A DNA stretch of 64,000 nt from Actinomycetota bacterium (GTDB lineage Bacteria > Actinomycetota > UBA4738 > HRBIN12): the NCBI GenBank assembly GCA_035512775.1, contig DATKDI010000081.1, positions 7,495 through 71,494 on the forward strand, read 5' to 3'. The notes beneath the pieces were generated by a model. The model saw only the letters and a list, made by a program, of their open reading frames with translations. It was not told where the DNA came from and made no database searches. Below, piece after piece: positions 19,426 through 28,535 of this stretch; the stretch's first letter is position 1, and the number at the start of each line of letters is the position of its first letter. A program made the translations under genes and the position numbers.

Positions 19426-20634
19426 TCATCGGCCGGCGGCACCCTGCGGCACGACCTCGGGGTCTCCTCTCGGGATGAGCACTTTGAACGAGGCGCCTCC
19501 ACCTTCCCTCTGCTCGATCCAGACGCGCCCATGGTGGAGCTCGGTGAACTTCGCGACCAGCGAGAGACCGACACCGACGCCAGGATCGTGCACCGACGTC
19601 ATGGGGCCGTGCTCGAACGGTCGGAACACCGACTCCCGGTGCTCCTCGGGGATCCCCGGTCCGTCGTCCTCGACCGCGATCAACACGTCCTGGTCCTCGG
19701 GCAGGACCTTGACCCACACCTGACATCCGGGTGGCGTGTGCCGGGCGGCGTTCATCAGGAGGTTCTCGACGATCCGAGAGATCATCTGCGGGTCGATCCA
19801 CGCCGTCACCGAACCGGCGTCCACGTGCACCTGGCGGCCGGCCATCGCTTCCGAATCCCAGACGAGGAGGGAGACGAGGCGTCCGACGGCGATCTCCTGG
19901 AGCTTGGGCTCCACGACGCCCCGCGCCAGCCGCTCGGTGTCGAGAAGGTCTGTCACGATCGCATTCAGACGACGGGCTTTCGCCGCCAGGCTGTGGATCA
20001 GCTGCTTCCGTTCCTCCTCGGTGATGCCGAGCCGGTCGCCCTCCTCGAGGGTGAGGGCGTTCCCGAGGATGGCGGACAAGGGGGTCCTGATGTCGTGGGA
20101 CACCGCGGTGAGGAACGTCGTTTTGATCTCATCGGCCTTGCGCATGTCCTGGGTGGCCTGCCGCTCCAGATCGAGCGCGCGGGTGAGGTCGTCGTTCGCC
20201 TGCTTGGCAACGGTGATGTCCAACATCACGCCCTGCCAGTGCATGGGATCGCCTCCATCATCACGGAGGAGCACCGCCTCGTCGCGGATCCACACGGTTC
20301 GCCCGTCGGCGGCCACCAGGCGATACTCCCCGGCATAAGGCTCGCCCGTGTCGTCGCTCCTCCGCCATTCCGCCTGCACGCGTTCACGGTCATCGGGATG
20401 GAGCGCCTGCGCCCACCACTCCGGGTCGCCGGTCGCGACCTCAGGCGGGTAGCCGAGCAACTGCTCGATGAACGGGCTCACGTAGGTCGGTGAGGTGGCG
20501 TCGGGGCCGACCGGGTCGATGTAGACGATCGCGGGGACGGCCTCGACCAGCGATCGATACGGGAGCTCGGCTTCCCGGTCGGTCGCCACCTCGTGGCCCT
20601 TCGATCGCTTGGCGCGCGTCGGTGACATGGGCAC
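19426..20634 (-). CDS. Sensor histidine kinase with one PAS/PAC domain
   Basis: YVSPFIEQLLGY...HPDDRE, SHDIRTPL, NAARH, DDGPG, GVGL. Confidence 0.93.
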   Translation of the reverse strand: MPMSPTRAKRSKGHEVATDREAELPYRSLVEAVPAIVYIDPVGPDATSPTYVSPFIEQLLGYPPEVATGDPEWWAQALHPDDRERVQAEWRRSDDTGEPYAGEYRLVAADGRTVWIRDEAVLLRDDGGDPMHWQGVMLDITVAKQANDDLTRALDLERQATQDMRKADEIKTTFLTAVSHDIRTPLSAILGNALTLEEGDRLGITEEERKQLIHSLAAKARRLNAIVTDLLDTERLARGVVEPKLQEIAVGRLVSLLVWDSEAMAGRQVHVDAGSVTAWIDPQMISRIVENLLMNAARHTPPGCQVWVKVLPEDQDVLIAVEDDGPGIPEEHRESVFRPFEHGPMTSVHDPGVGVGLSLVAKFTELHHGRVWIEQREGGGASFKVLIPRGDPEVVPQGAAGR

Positions 20635-20725
20635 AGACCTCCGATCCCCCCATCGGACGGGACGCCGCGGTTCTTGACGTTCCCTGCATCGTAGGCTCCC
20701 GCGGTCCCTTCACCGAGGAGCTTCG

Positions 20726-21880
20726 ATGTCAGAGACGTTCACGTTCTACATCCAGCCCTGGTACCGGAAGTCCCCGTACTTCGAGGCGACCAAACGTGCC
20801 GGATGCCGGAGCTGGGGTCTGTACAACCACATGCTGCTGCCCACCCTGTACGACGACCCGGTCGCCGAGTACTGGGCGCTGTTGGATCACGTGACGATGT
20901 GGGACGTCGCGGTCGAGCGCTGCGTCGAGATCGCCGGACCGGACGCGCTCGCGTTCACGAACCTGCTCACGTGCCGCGACCTCACGACGTGCGCGGTGGG
21001 CCAGTGCAAGTACGTGCTGCTCACGGAGAGTCGCGGAGGCATCGTCAACGACCCGGTGCTGCTGCGGCTCGAAGAGGATCGGTTCTGGCTGGCGCTCGCG
21101 GATTCGGACGCGCTCCTGTTCGCCAAGGGCGTGGCCGCCCTCGCCAAGATGGACGTCGACGTCGTCGAGGCGGACGTGTCGCCGATGCAGATCCAGGGCC
21201 CCCGCTCGAAAGACGTGGTTCGCGGCCTTTTCGGCGACGAGATCGCCGACCTCCGCTACTACTGGTGCGCCGAGGCAGAGCTGTACGGCATCCCTCTCGT
21301 CGTCTCGCGCACGGGGTGGACCGGGGAGGTCGGCTACGAGATCTACCTGCGGGACTCCTCCCGTGGTGACGAGCTATGGCGGCTGGTCGAGGAGGCCGGC
21401 GCGCCGTTCGACATCCGGGCGATCGCGCCGTCGGAGGCGCGCCGGATCGAAGCCGGCATCTTCAACTACGGCTCGGACATGCGAACCGAGGACACGCCGT
21501 TCCACATCACCGGGCTGGAGCGGCTCGTCGAGCTCGAGCAGGACGCCGACTTCATCGGCAAGGACGCGCTCCGGCGGATCGCCGAGGAGGGCGTCGATCG
21601 CAAGCTGGTCGGCATCGACATCGCCGGCGACCCGATGACGGAGGAAGGCGCGCTCAACGATCTCTGGCCGGTGCACGAACCGGGGGACGGAGCGATCGGT
21701 CGCGTGACGGCGGGGGCGTGGTCGCCGCGACTCGAGCGGAACATCGGCTACGCGTGGGTGCCGGCTTCCCACCAGGATGTCGGAACACCGTTGGCCCTCC
21801 ACGCGGATGGCGGGGTTCGTGCGGCGTCGGTGGCGGCGCTGCCGTTCGTCGATCCGAGCAAGGAGATCCCCAAGTCGTGA
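20726..21880 (+). CDS. GcvT-family THF-dependent aminomethyltransferase/demethylase (DmdA-like subfamily)
   Basis: YNHMLLP, WDVAVER, NDPVLL, QGPRS, SRTGWTGEVGYEIY, RRIEAG..YGSDM. Confidence 0.88.
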   Translation: MSETFTFYIQPWYRKSPYFEATKRAGCRSWGLYNHMLLPTLYDDPVAEYWALLDHVTMWDVAVERCVEIAGPDALAFTNLLTCRDLTTCAVGQCKYVLLTESRGGIVNDPVLLRLEEDRFWLALADSDALLFAKGVAALAKMDVDVVEADVSPMQIQGPRSKDVVRGLFGDEIADLRYYWCAEAELYGIPLVVSRTGWTGEVGYEIYLRDSSRGDELWRLVEEAGAPFDIRAIAPSEARRIEAGIFNYGSDMRTEDTPFHITGLERLVELEQDADFIGKDALRRIAEEGVDRKLVGIDIAGDPMTEEGALNDLWPVHEPGDGAIGRVTAGAWSPRLERNIGYAWVPASHQDVGTPLALHADGGVRAASVAALPFVDPSKEIPKS

Positions 21881-22653
21881 GCGGCTCCGTACCCTTCGAT
21901 CGCGCCGTCGAGTACTACGACCGCACGCGCGGCCTTTCCGAGGAGGCGTCGCGGGAGATGGTCGCGCTGCTCGGCGCCGAGCTGCGGGGCCGAGGCCGCT
22001 GCCTGGAGATCGGCGTCGGGACCGGCCTCGTCGCGCTTCCTCTCGCGGAGGCCGGCGTGCCGCTCGTGGGCGTCGATCTCTCCGGCCCGATGCTCGCGAA
22101 GCTCGTGGAGAAAGCCGGTGGCAGCGCGCCGTTCCCGCTCGTGCGCGGCGACGCGACGGCGCTCCCGTTCCGCGACGACAGCTTCCGTGCGGCAGTGGTT
22201 CGACACGTCTTCCACCTCGTGTCGCAGTGGAGGACGGTGATCTCGGAGCTCCACCGCGTGACGTCCTCCGACGGCGTCGTCCTGGTCGCTCGAGGAGACG
22301 TTCCGGCCGCGTGGCGCGAGGCGATCGAGCGGTTCCGGGCCCTCGTCGGCAGGCCGGCGTTCGTCCCGGGTCCCGAGGCATGGGATCCCGTGACGGTCGA
22401 TCGGGCGTTCGAGGAGCACGGGGCTCGAGCGCGCTCACTGCCGACGATCGCGGAACGCGTTCCGCAGACCCTCGGGTCGTTCCTGGAACAGATGGGGGAC
22501 GGGCTGCACTCCTGGACCTGGGAGATCGACGAGCCGACGCGCCGGGCGGCCGCGAACGAGCTGCGCGCATGGGCGCTCGAGCGCTTCGGATCGCTTGACC
22601 CGCCGGAGGCGCGCGACGTCGCGATCGAGTGGCGCGCGTACGACCTTTCCTGA
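21877..22653 (+). CDS. Class I SAM-dependent methyltransferase
   Basis: FDRAVEYYD, LEIGVGTG motif I, GVDLS, GDATALPF. GTG start overlaps the upstream stop. Confidence 0.9.
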   Translation: MSGSVPFDRAVEYYDRTRGLSEEASREMVALLGAELRGRGRCLEIGVGTGLVALPLAEAGVPLVGVDLSGPMLAKLVEKAGGSAPFPLVRGDATALPFRDDSFRAAVVRHVFHLVSQWRTVISELHRVTSSDGVVLVARGDVPAAWREAIERFRALVGRPAFVPGPEAWDPVTVDRAFEEHGARARSLPTIAERVPQTLGSFLEQMGDGLHSWTWEIDEPTRRAAANELRAWALERFGSLDPPEARDVAIEWRAYDLS

Positions 22654-22717
22654 CGTCGTTCCTTTCCAACCCGGCTTCGGCGCCGGGTATTCTGTGGGCT
22701 CGTCGAAGGAGGGCCCG

Positions 22718-23644
22718 GTGCCGATCACAGAGGTCGAGAAGATCTGGATGGACGGCGAGCTGGTGCCGTGGCACGACGCCCAGATTCACGTCCTCTCCCA
22801 TGCCGTCCACTACGGGAGCGGCGTCTTCGAGGGGATCCGGGCCTACGAAACCGCGCGCGGCGCCGCCGTGTGGCACCTCGACGAGCACCTGAAGCGGCTC
22901 TTCCGGTCCGCGAAGCTCTACCACACCGAGATCCCGTACTCGCGCGAGGCGATCACGCAAGCGACCAAGGCCGTGATCCTCGCGAACGGTCTCAACGCCT
23001 GCTACGTGCGTCCGCTCGTGCTCCGAGGGTACGGCGAGATGGGCGTGAACCCGCTGGAGGCGCCGGTCAACGTCGTCATCGCCGTGTGGCCGTGGGGCGC
23101 CTACCTCGGAGAGGACGCGCTCGAGCAGGGCGTCCGCATCAAGGTCAGCAGCTGGCGCCGGAACGGGCAGAACTCGCTGCCGGCGGCCGCGAAAGCCACG
23201 GGGCAGTACATCAACTCGGTCCTGGCGAAGGTGGAGAGCCTGAAGGCCGGCTACGACGAAGCGATCATGCTGAACGAGAGCGGCTTGGTGACCGACGGCT
23301 CGGGGGAGAACGTGTTCGTCGTGAGAGACGGTGTGCTGACCACGCCGCCCATCTCGGCCGGATGCCTCGACGGGATCACGCGGGGCTCGGTGATCACGCT
23401 CGCGCGGGATCTCGGGTACGAGGTCCGCGAAGACAACCTGGTGCGCACGGACCTCTACAACGCCGACGAGTGCTTCTTCACGGGGACCGCGGCCGAGCTC
23501 ACGCCGATCCGCGAGGTGGATGACCGGATCGTCGGCGAGGGACATCGCGGCCCGGTGACCAAGGAGCTCCAGGGCGCCTTCTTCGCCGCGACCAAGGGTG
23601 AGAACGAGAAGTACGTCCACTGGCTCACGTACGTGAACGACTGA
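22718..23644 (+). CDS. ilvE: Branched-chain amino acid aminotransferase
   Basis: HYGSGVFEGIRAY, AKATGQYINS, EAIML, GSGENVF, LDGITR; SD AAGGAGG before GTG 22718. Confidence 0.96.
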   Translation: MPITEVEKIWMDGELVPWHDAQIHVLSHAVHYGSGVFEGIRAYETARGAAVWHLDEHLKRLFRSAKLYHTEIPYSREAITQATKAVILANGLNACYVRPLVLRGYGEMGVNPLEAPVNVVIAVWPWGAYLGEDALEQGVRIKVSSWRRNGQNSLPAAAKATGQYINSVLAKVESLKAGYDEAIMLNESGLVTDGSGENVFVVRDGVLTTPPISAGCLDGITRGSVITLARDLGYEVREDNLVRTDLYNADECFFTGTAAELTPIREVDDRIVGEGHRGPVTKELQGAFFAATKGENEKYVHWLTYVND

Positions 23645-26181
23645 TGCCGGAGACCGAGCAGCCATACCGGCTCCCGCGGACGGTCGTCCCGTCCCGGTAC
23701 GACCTGACGCTGGAGCCGAACCTCGACACCGGCGCGTTCATCGGAGCGATCGAGATCGCGATCGAGGTCGTCGAGCCGGTCACCGAGATCGTCCTGAATG
23801 CGAACGAGCTGAGGCTCGACGACGCGACGCTCACCGCCGCCGACGGACGCACGGTCGAGGTGTCGAAGATCCTCACGGACGACGACGCCGAACGCGCGAC
23901 GGTGGATCTCGCCGAGACGGCCGCGCCGGGGGAGTGGACGCTCCGGATCGGGTTCAGGGGTGAGCTGAACCCGCGGCTGACCGGCTTCTACCGGAGCACC
24001 TACACGGAGGCCGGCGGGACGCAGGTCATCGGCACGACGCATTTCGAGGCGACGGATGCCCGCCGGGCGTTCCCGTGCTGGGACGAACCCGACCTCAAGG
24101 CCGTCTTCGCGATCACCCTGGTCGTGAAGGACGGGCTCACCGCCGTCTCGAACGGTCCCGAGGTGGAGCGGGAGTCGCTCGACGACGGCCGTGTGCGGAT
24201 CCGGTTCGCCGACACGATGAAGATGTCGACCTACCTGGCCGCCTGGGTGGTGGGCCGGCTCGAGCTCTCCGAGCCGGCCGACGCGCGAGGCGTGCCGATC
24301 CGGACCGTGCACGTGCCGGGCAAGGGACACCTCACATCGTTCGCGGAGGAGGTGTCCGTCCATTCCCTGAACTGGTTCGCCGACTACTACGGGATCCCGT
24401 ATCCGGAGGCGAAGCTCGACAACGTCGCGCTTCCGGACTTCGCACAGGGGGCGATGGAGAACGTCGGGTGCGTGACGTACCGCGAGCAAGTGCTGCTGAT
24501 CGATCCGGCTCGGTCGACCCAGGAGGAGCAGCTCGGGGTCGCGGAGACGGTGGCGCACGAGCTGGCCCACATGTGGTTCGGCGACCTGGTCACGATGCGC
24601 TGGTGGAACGGCATCTGGCTGAACGAGGCGTTCGCGACCTTCATGTCCATGCTCGCCGTCGACGACCTCCGGCCGGACTGGGAGATCTGGAACACGTTCA
24701 CGCGCGACCGTACGAACGCGTTCGAGATCGACGCGCTCGAGACCACACGCCCGATCGAGTACGAGGTCCGCTCGCCCGACGACGCCAGCGGCATGTTCGA
24801 CACCCTCACGTACGTGAAGGGAGGCGCGGTCCTTCGGATGCTCGAGCAGTGGCTCGGCGCCGAGCGGTTCCGTGACGGGATCCGCCGCTATCTGCAGAAG
24901 CACGCCTACGGCAACACCGAGACGCACGATCTCTGGGACGCGCTCGAGGAGGAGACCGGCGAGCCGGTCCGCCGGATCATGGACGCGTGGATCTTCCAGC
25001 CGGGCTACCCCGCCATCTCGATCGATCTCAAAGGGGAGCGCGTTCGCTTCTCGCAGCGACGCTTCATCCCGTCGAAGGACGACGACGCGACCACGTGGCC
25101 GGTCCCGCTCACGGTCCGTCAGGTCTCGGGCGAGGAGGAACGCGTCGATCGCATCCTGATCGAGGCGGACGGCGCGGAGCTCGAGCTGCTCGCGCCCGAT
25201 GCGGTCGTCGTGGCGAACGCCGGCTCGGCGAGCTTCGTGCGGGTCTGGTACGACGACGAACTCCGCTCGCGGGTGGTCGCACGAGCGATGGACGTGTTGT
25301 CGCCGATCGAGCGGTACAGCCTGGTCGACGACGGATGGGCCGCCGTCGTCGCGGGGACGGCCTCCGCCGTGTCGTTCCTTGATCTCGTGCGGGGGTTCCA
25401 GGACGAGACCGATCTCCGCGTCTGGCAGGGGATCCTCGGCGGCCTCGGCTGGCTCGACCGGTTCGTCGACGACGAGCCGCGTGAGCGCCTGCGGGCGTTC
25501 GTGCGCGACCTCGTGCGGCCGGCGCTCACGCGGCTCGGCTGGGACGCCTCGAAGGACGACTCCGTCCTCACCCGCGCGCTCCGCGGCCAGCTCGTGCAGT
25601 CCCTCGCCGTCCTGGGTGCCGATCCCGAGACCCTCGCGCAGTGTCGCGAGCTGGAGCTCGAAGGGGAGGGCGATCCGCAGCTCCTGCAGGCCGCTGTGGA
25701 AGCCGTGGCCGCCGAGGGAACCGCGGGAGACCTCGATCGGTACTGGCAGCGGTACCGCAGCGCATCCACACCGCAAGAGGAAGAGCGCTACCTGTTCGCG
25801 ACGTCACGGTTCCCCGGCGAAGCCGAGGTCGATCGGATCCTCGCGTCGGCGATGTCGGACGAGGTCCGGACGCAGGACGCGCCGTACCTGCTCGCCCGCG
25901 CGACGACGAACCGCCGGCAGGGCCCCAAGGTGTGGCGGTTCATCGCGGATCGATGGGACGAGATGCAGGACCGTTTCGCCTCGTCCAACATCATGGGCCT
26001 CGCCTCGGGCATCCGGTACCTGACCGAACCGGAGATCGTCGATGAGGTCGATGCGTTCTTCCGCGACCACGACATCCCTCAGAACCACCTCATGCTCCAG
26101 CAGGCCCTGGAGCGCATGCGCGTGGCCGCGAAGCTCCGCGAACGCGTGACCCCGGAGCTGCTCGAGCGCTTCGGCAGCTGA
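23644..26181 (+). CDS. pepN: M1 family aminopeptidase N with ERAP1-like C-terminal domain
   Basis: GAMEN, HELAH(18)E Zn motif, YVKGGAVLRML. Confidence 0.93.
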   Translation: MPETEQPYRLPRTVVPSRYDLTLEPNLDTGAFIGAIEIAIEVVEPVTEIVLNANELRLDDATLTAADGRTVEVSKILTDDDAERATVDLAETAAPGEWTLRIGFRGELNPRLTGFYRSTYTEAGGTQVIGTTHFEATDARRAFPCWDEPDLKAVFAITLVVKDGLTAVSNGPEVERESLDDGRVRIRFADTMKMSTYLAAWVVGRLELSEPADARGVPIRTVHVPGKGHLTSFAEEVSVHSLNWFADYYGIPYPEAKLDNVALPDFAQGAMENVGCVTYREQVLLIDPARSTQEEQLGVAETVAHELAHMWFGDLVTMRWWNGIWLNEAFATFMSMLAVDDLRPDWEIWNTFTRDRTNAFEIDALETTRPIEYEVRSPDDASGMFDTLTYVKGGAVLRMLEQWLGAERFRDGIRRYLQKHAYGNTETHDLWDALEEETGEPVRRIMDAWIFQPGYPAISIDLKGERVRFSQRRFIPSKDDDATTWPVPLTVRQVSGEEERVDRILIEADGAELELLAPDAVVVANAGSASFVRVWYDDELRSRVVARAMDVLSPIERYSLVDDGWAAVVAGTASAVSFLDLVRGFQDETDLRVWQGILGGLGWLDRFVDDEPRERLRAFVRDLVRPALTRLGWDASKDDSVLTRALRGQLVQSLAVLGADPETLAQCRELELEGEGDPQLLQAAVEAVAAEGTAGDLDRYWQRYRSASTPQEEERYLFATSRFPGEAEVDRILASAMSDEVRTQDAPYLLARATTNRRQGPKVWRFIADRWDEMQDRFASSNIMGLASGIRYLTEPEIVDEVDAFFRDHDIPQNHLMLQQALERMRVAAKLRERVTPELLERFGS

Positions 26182-26337
26182 CCGCTGTCACGGGCCGGCC
26201 CTCACCGGGCATGGGCGTATCGATCGAACCTTCGGAGACCCCGGGGAACCCATCGCGGTCGAAGGGCCGTCGAAGGGTGATCGAGACCGGCCGAGATCAC
26301 GGGCCCTCAGGCCCGGATCATCGAAAGGAGTCCCGCC

Positions 26338-27417
26338 ATGCGGAACCCGTTCGCACGTGCCCTTACCCTCACGATCCTCACCGCTGTCATGCTCACCGGC
26401 GCGGCCGGGAGCGCCCTCGCCTGCGGCGGACTGGTCACGCCCAACGGCACGATCAACCTGCTGAAGACGACGACGCTCGCGGCCTATCACGAGGGCATCG
26501 AGCATTACGTCACCTCGTTCGAGTTCGCCGGCGAGGGCCAGGAGGTCGGGTCGATCATCCCGCTCCCGGGCGTGCCCACGGACGTGATCAAGGGCGGTGA
26601 CTGGACGCTCCAGCGCCTGATCATCGAGACCCAGCCGCAGCCGGAGGAGGGGCTCTTCCGAGCGGCCGGAGCTGCAGTCGCCAGCGACAGCGCGGAGGTC
26701 CTCCTCGAGAAGAAGATCGACGCCCTCGACATCACCGTGCTGAAGGGCGGTGCCGTCGAGGTCGGCAACTGGGCGCGCGAGCACGGGTACTTCCTGCCAC
26801 CCGACGCGCCGGAGATGCTCGCCTTCTACGCGGACCGCAGCCCGATCTTCCTCGCCGCTCGGTTCAACGCGGAGCGCGCTGCCAACCGCGGCGTGCAGAC
26901 CGGGCAGGGAACGCCCATCCACGTCGTGATCCCGACGCCCAACCCGTGGGTGCCGCTGCGGATCCTGGCGCTCGGCCGCAAGGCCGCGGAGGTCGTGCAG
27001 GCGGACGTGTACCTGCTCACCGACCGGCGGCCGGAGACACTTCCCCAGGCCGAGAGCTCGAAGGGGTTCGATCCGAACCAGCGCGGATTGATCCAGGAGG
27101 TCAGCGAGCCGGCCTCGGCCACCCTCCTGGCCGATCTTCGGTCCGATCGCGGGATGAAGTGGCTGCCGGAGAACGGCATGTGGCTGACCTACATCCGGAT
27201 CAACGAGACGGCGGCGAACCTGAAGCACGACCTCGCGATCGACGCGAGCGGCTACGGGCGGCCGAACCCCGTCGCGGCCGGATACCCCACCGCATCGGGC
27301 GCGGCCCCGTGGCCGATCGTCTGGACCGTGATGGCGGCGCTCGTCGCGGTCGCGTTCCTGATGGTCGTCACCGATCCCGCGGTCAGGCGCCAAGCGACTC
27401 GGGTCTTCCGGCGGTGA
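26338..27417 (+). CDS. Exported DUF2330-like protein (signal peptide, C-terminal TM anchor)
   Basis: Signal peptide ending ALA-CG; IIPLPGVP, ITVLKGGA.EV..W...GY pattern; hydrophobic C-terminus. Confidence 0.7.
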   Translation: MRNPFARALTLTILTAVMLTGAAGSALACGGLVTPNGTINLLKTTTLAAYHEGIEHYVTSFEFAGEGQEVGSIIPLPGVPTDVIKGGDWTLQRLIIETQPQPEEGLFRAAGAAVASDSAEVLLEKKIDALDITVLKGGAVEVGNWAREHGYFLPPDAPEMLAFYADRSPIFLAARFNAERAANRGVQTGQGTPIHVVIPTPNPWVPLRILALGRKAAEVVQADVYLLTDRRPETLPQAESSKGFDPNQRGLIQEVSEPASATLLADLRSDRGMKWLPENGMWLTYIRINETAANLKHDLAIDASGYGRPNPVAAGYPTASGAAPWPIVWTVMAALVAVAFLMVVTDPAVRRQATRVFRR

Positions 27418-27830
27418 AGCTGCGGGCGGCGGCGACCGCGGTGGCGCTGGTGCTCCTTATCGGGGCGGCAGCGGCATCCCGCGGCGCCGCCGCTCGCGCC
27501 AACGACGGCACGGTCCGCATCACGATCCACTACTCCAAGTTCGAACCGGCCGGTCTCGCCGTCGAGCCCGGCGAGACCGTCCGCTTCGTGATCGTGAACA
27601 CGGATCCGATCGACCACGAGTTCATCCTCGGCGACGAGGAAGTACAGCGTGTCCACGAGGATGGGACGGAAGCGCACCACGCGCCGCGCCCCGGAGAGGT
27701 GTCCGTCCCGGCGGGGGAGACCGTGGTGACGACCTACACGTTCCCAGAGGCCTCCGGCGAGCTGATCTTCGGCTGCCACCTCCCCGGCCACTACGACTTC
27801 GGCATGCGCGGCACCGTCACCGTCGCTTGA
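27414..27830 (+). CDS. Secreted cupredoxin (type 1 copper protein)
   Basis: Signal peptide; DHEF His and CHLPGHYDFGM (Cys-His-Met) ligands; GTG overlaps the upstream stop. Confidence 0.88.
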   Translation: MKLRAAATAVALVLLIGAAAASRGAAARANDGTVRITIHYSKFEPAGLAVEPGETVRFVIVNTDPIDHEFILGDEEVQRVHEDGTEAHHAPRPGEVSVPAGETVVTTYTFPEASGELIFGCHLPGHYDFGMRGTVTVA

Positions 27831-27866
27831 CCCTACGAAGTCCGCTCTCGCATATCGATCACGGGG

Positions 27867-28423
27867 TTACGTGGCCCTGAGCAGCGAGAGGGTGGATTCG
27901 GCGTCCGTCGAACCGATGACCTCCGCCATCCTGGCGTTATAGGCGCTGCCGAGCCGATCCCGGAGGAGCGCTTCGCCTTCGCTCATGCGCCTCCCGTCGA
28001 GGCGATGGTCGCCATCCGAGTCGCGGGCGATGACGTACGACACCATCTCGCGTTCGAGTCCCGTCGAGCTGAGGGCAAGGTAGACGGAGTCACCGTCGGC
28101 CAGCGCTTCCTCCATCCCTGCGATGAACCAGGAATGGACCGCGATCGTCTCTCCGTGGCGAGGTCCTTCTGAACGATCCGTGCGAACCTCGATCACCTCG
28201 AGGTCGGCGTCAACCGTTCTATCGCCGTCCGGAAGCGTCGTGCGCGATGCCACTCGGAGCCAGCGCTCCGCTGAGGCGACCATGTTGTCGACGCCCGGAC
28301 CGTCGTCCCCGCATGGCTCTCCACAGCTCGGCATGGTCAGCATGCAAGGAGCGTCGCGGTCGCGCCGATCCCAGCGAACGTACGAGGACGGCGGACCCAG
28401 TGAGCACCCCGAGGCGTCGTCAT
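27867..28423 (-). pseudogene. Probable lipoprotein split by a frameshift near 28340
   Basis: SD GGGAGG then ATG 28423 gives MTTPRGAHWVRRPRTFAGIGATATLLAC-stop. The adjacent frame continues MLTMPSCGEPCGDDG... to 27867; joined, they give a signal peptide with a lipobox-like PSC. Confidence 0.5.
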
Positions 28424-28473
28424 CCAGCGCGTCCTCCCTCGGCGGCCAACCGACGAGCAACGAACCGGTGCGT

Positions 28474-28516
28474 TTGACATCCTCTCGGCAGGGTTCATAC
28501 CGTTCGGGTACGAACG
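28474..28516 (+). promoter_or_regulatory. Sigma-A-like promoter TTGACA-N18-TACCGT with overlapping inverted repeat CGTTCG-N4-CGAACG
   Basis: TTGACA at 28474-28479, TACCGT at 28498-28503, inverted repeat at 28501-28516, directly upstream of the ALDH operon. Confidence 0.55.
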
Positions 28517-28535
28517 AGTCTCGGGGAGGACGGCA

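Noticed and set aside
20674-20697. TTGACG...TAGGCT sigma-A promoter for the GcvT-like gene
   Set aside because: The spacer is only 12 bp, so the two hexamers cannot form one promoter.
26245-26271. ECF-sigma promoter (GGAAC...CGTC) upstream of the DUF2330-like gene
   Set aside because: The 18-bp spacer is longer than typical, and such motifs arise easily by chance in GC-rich DNA.
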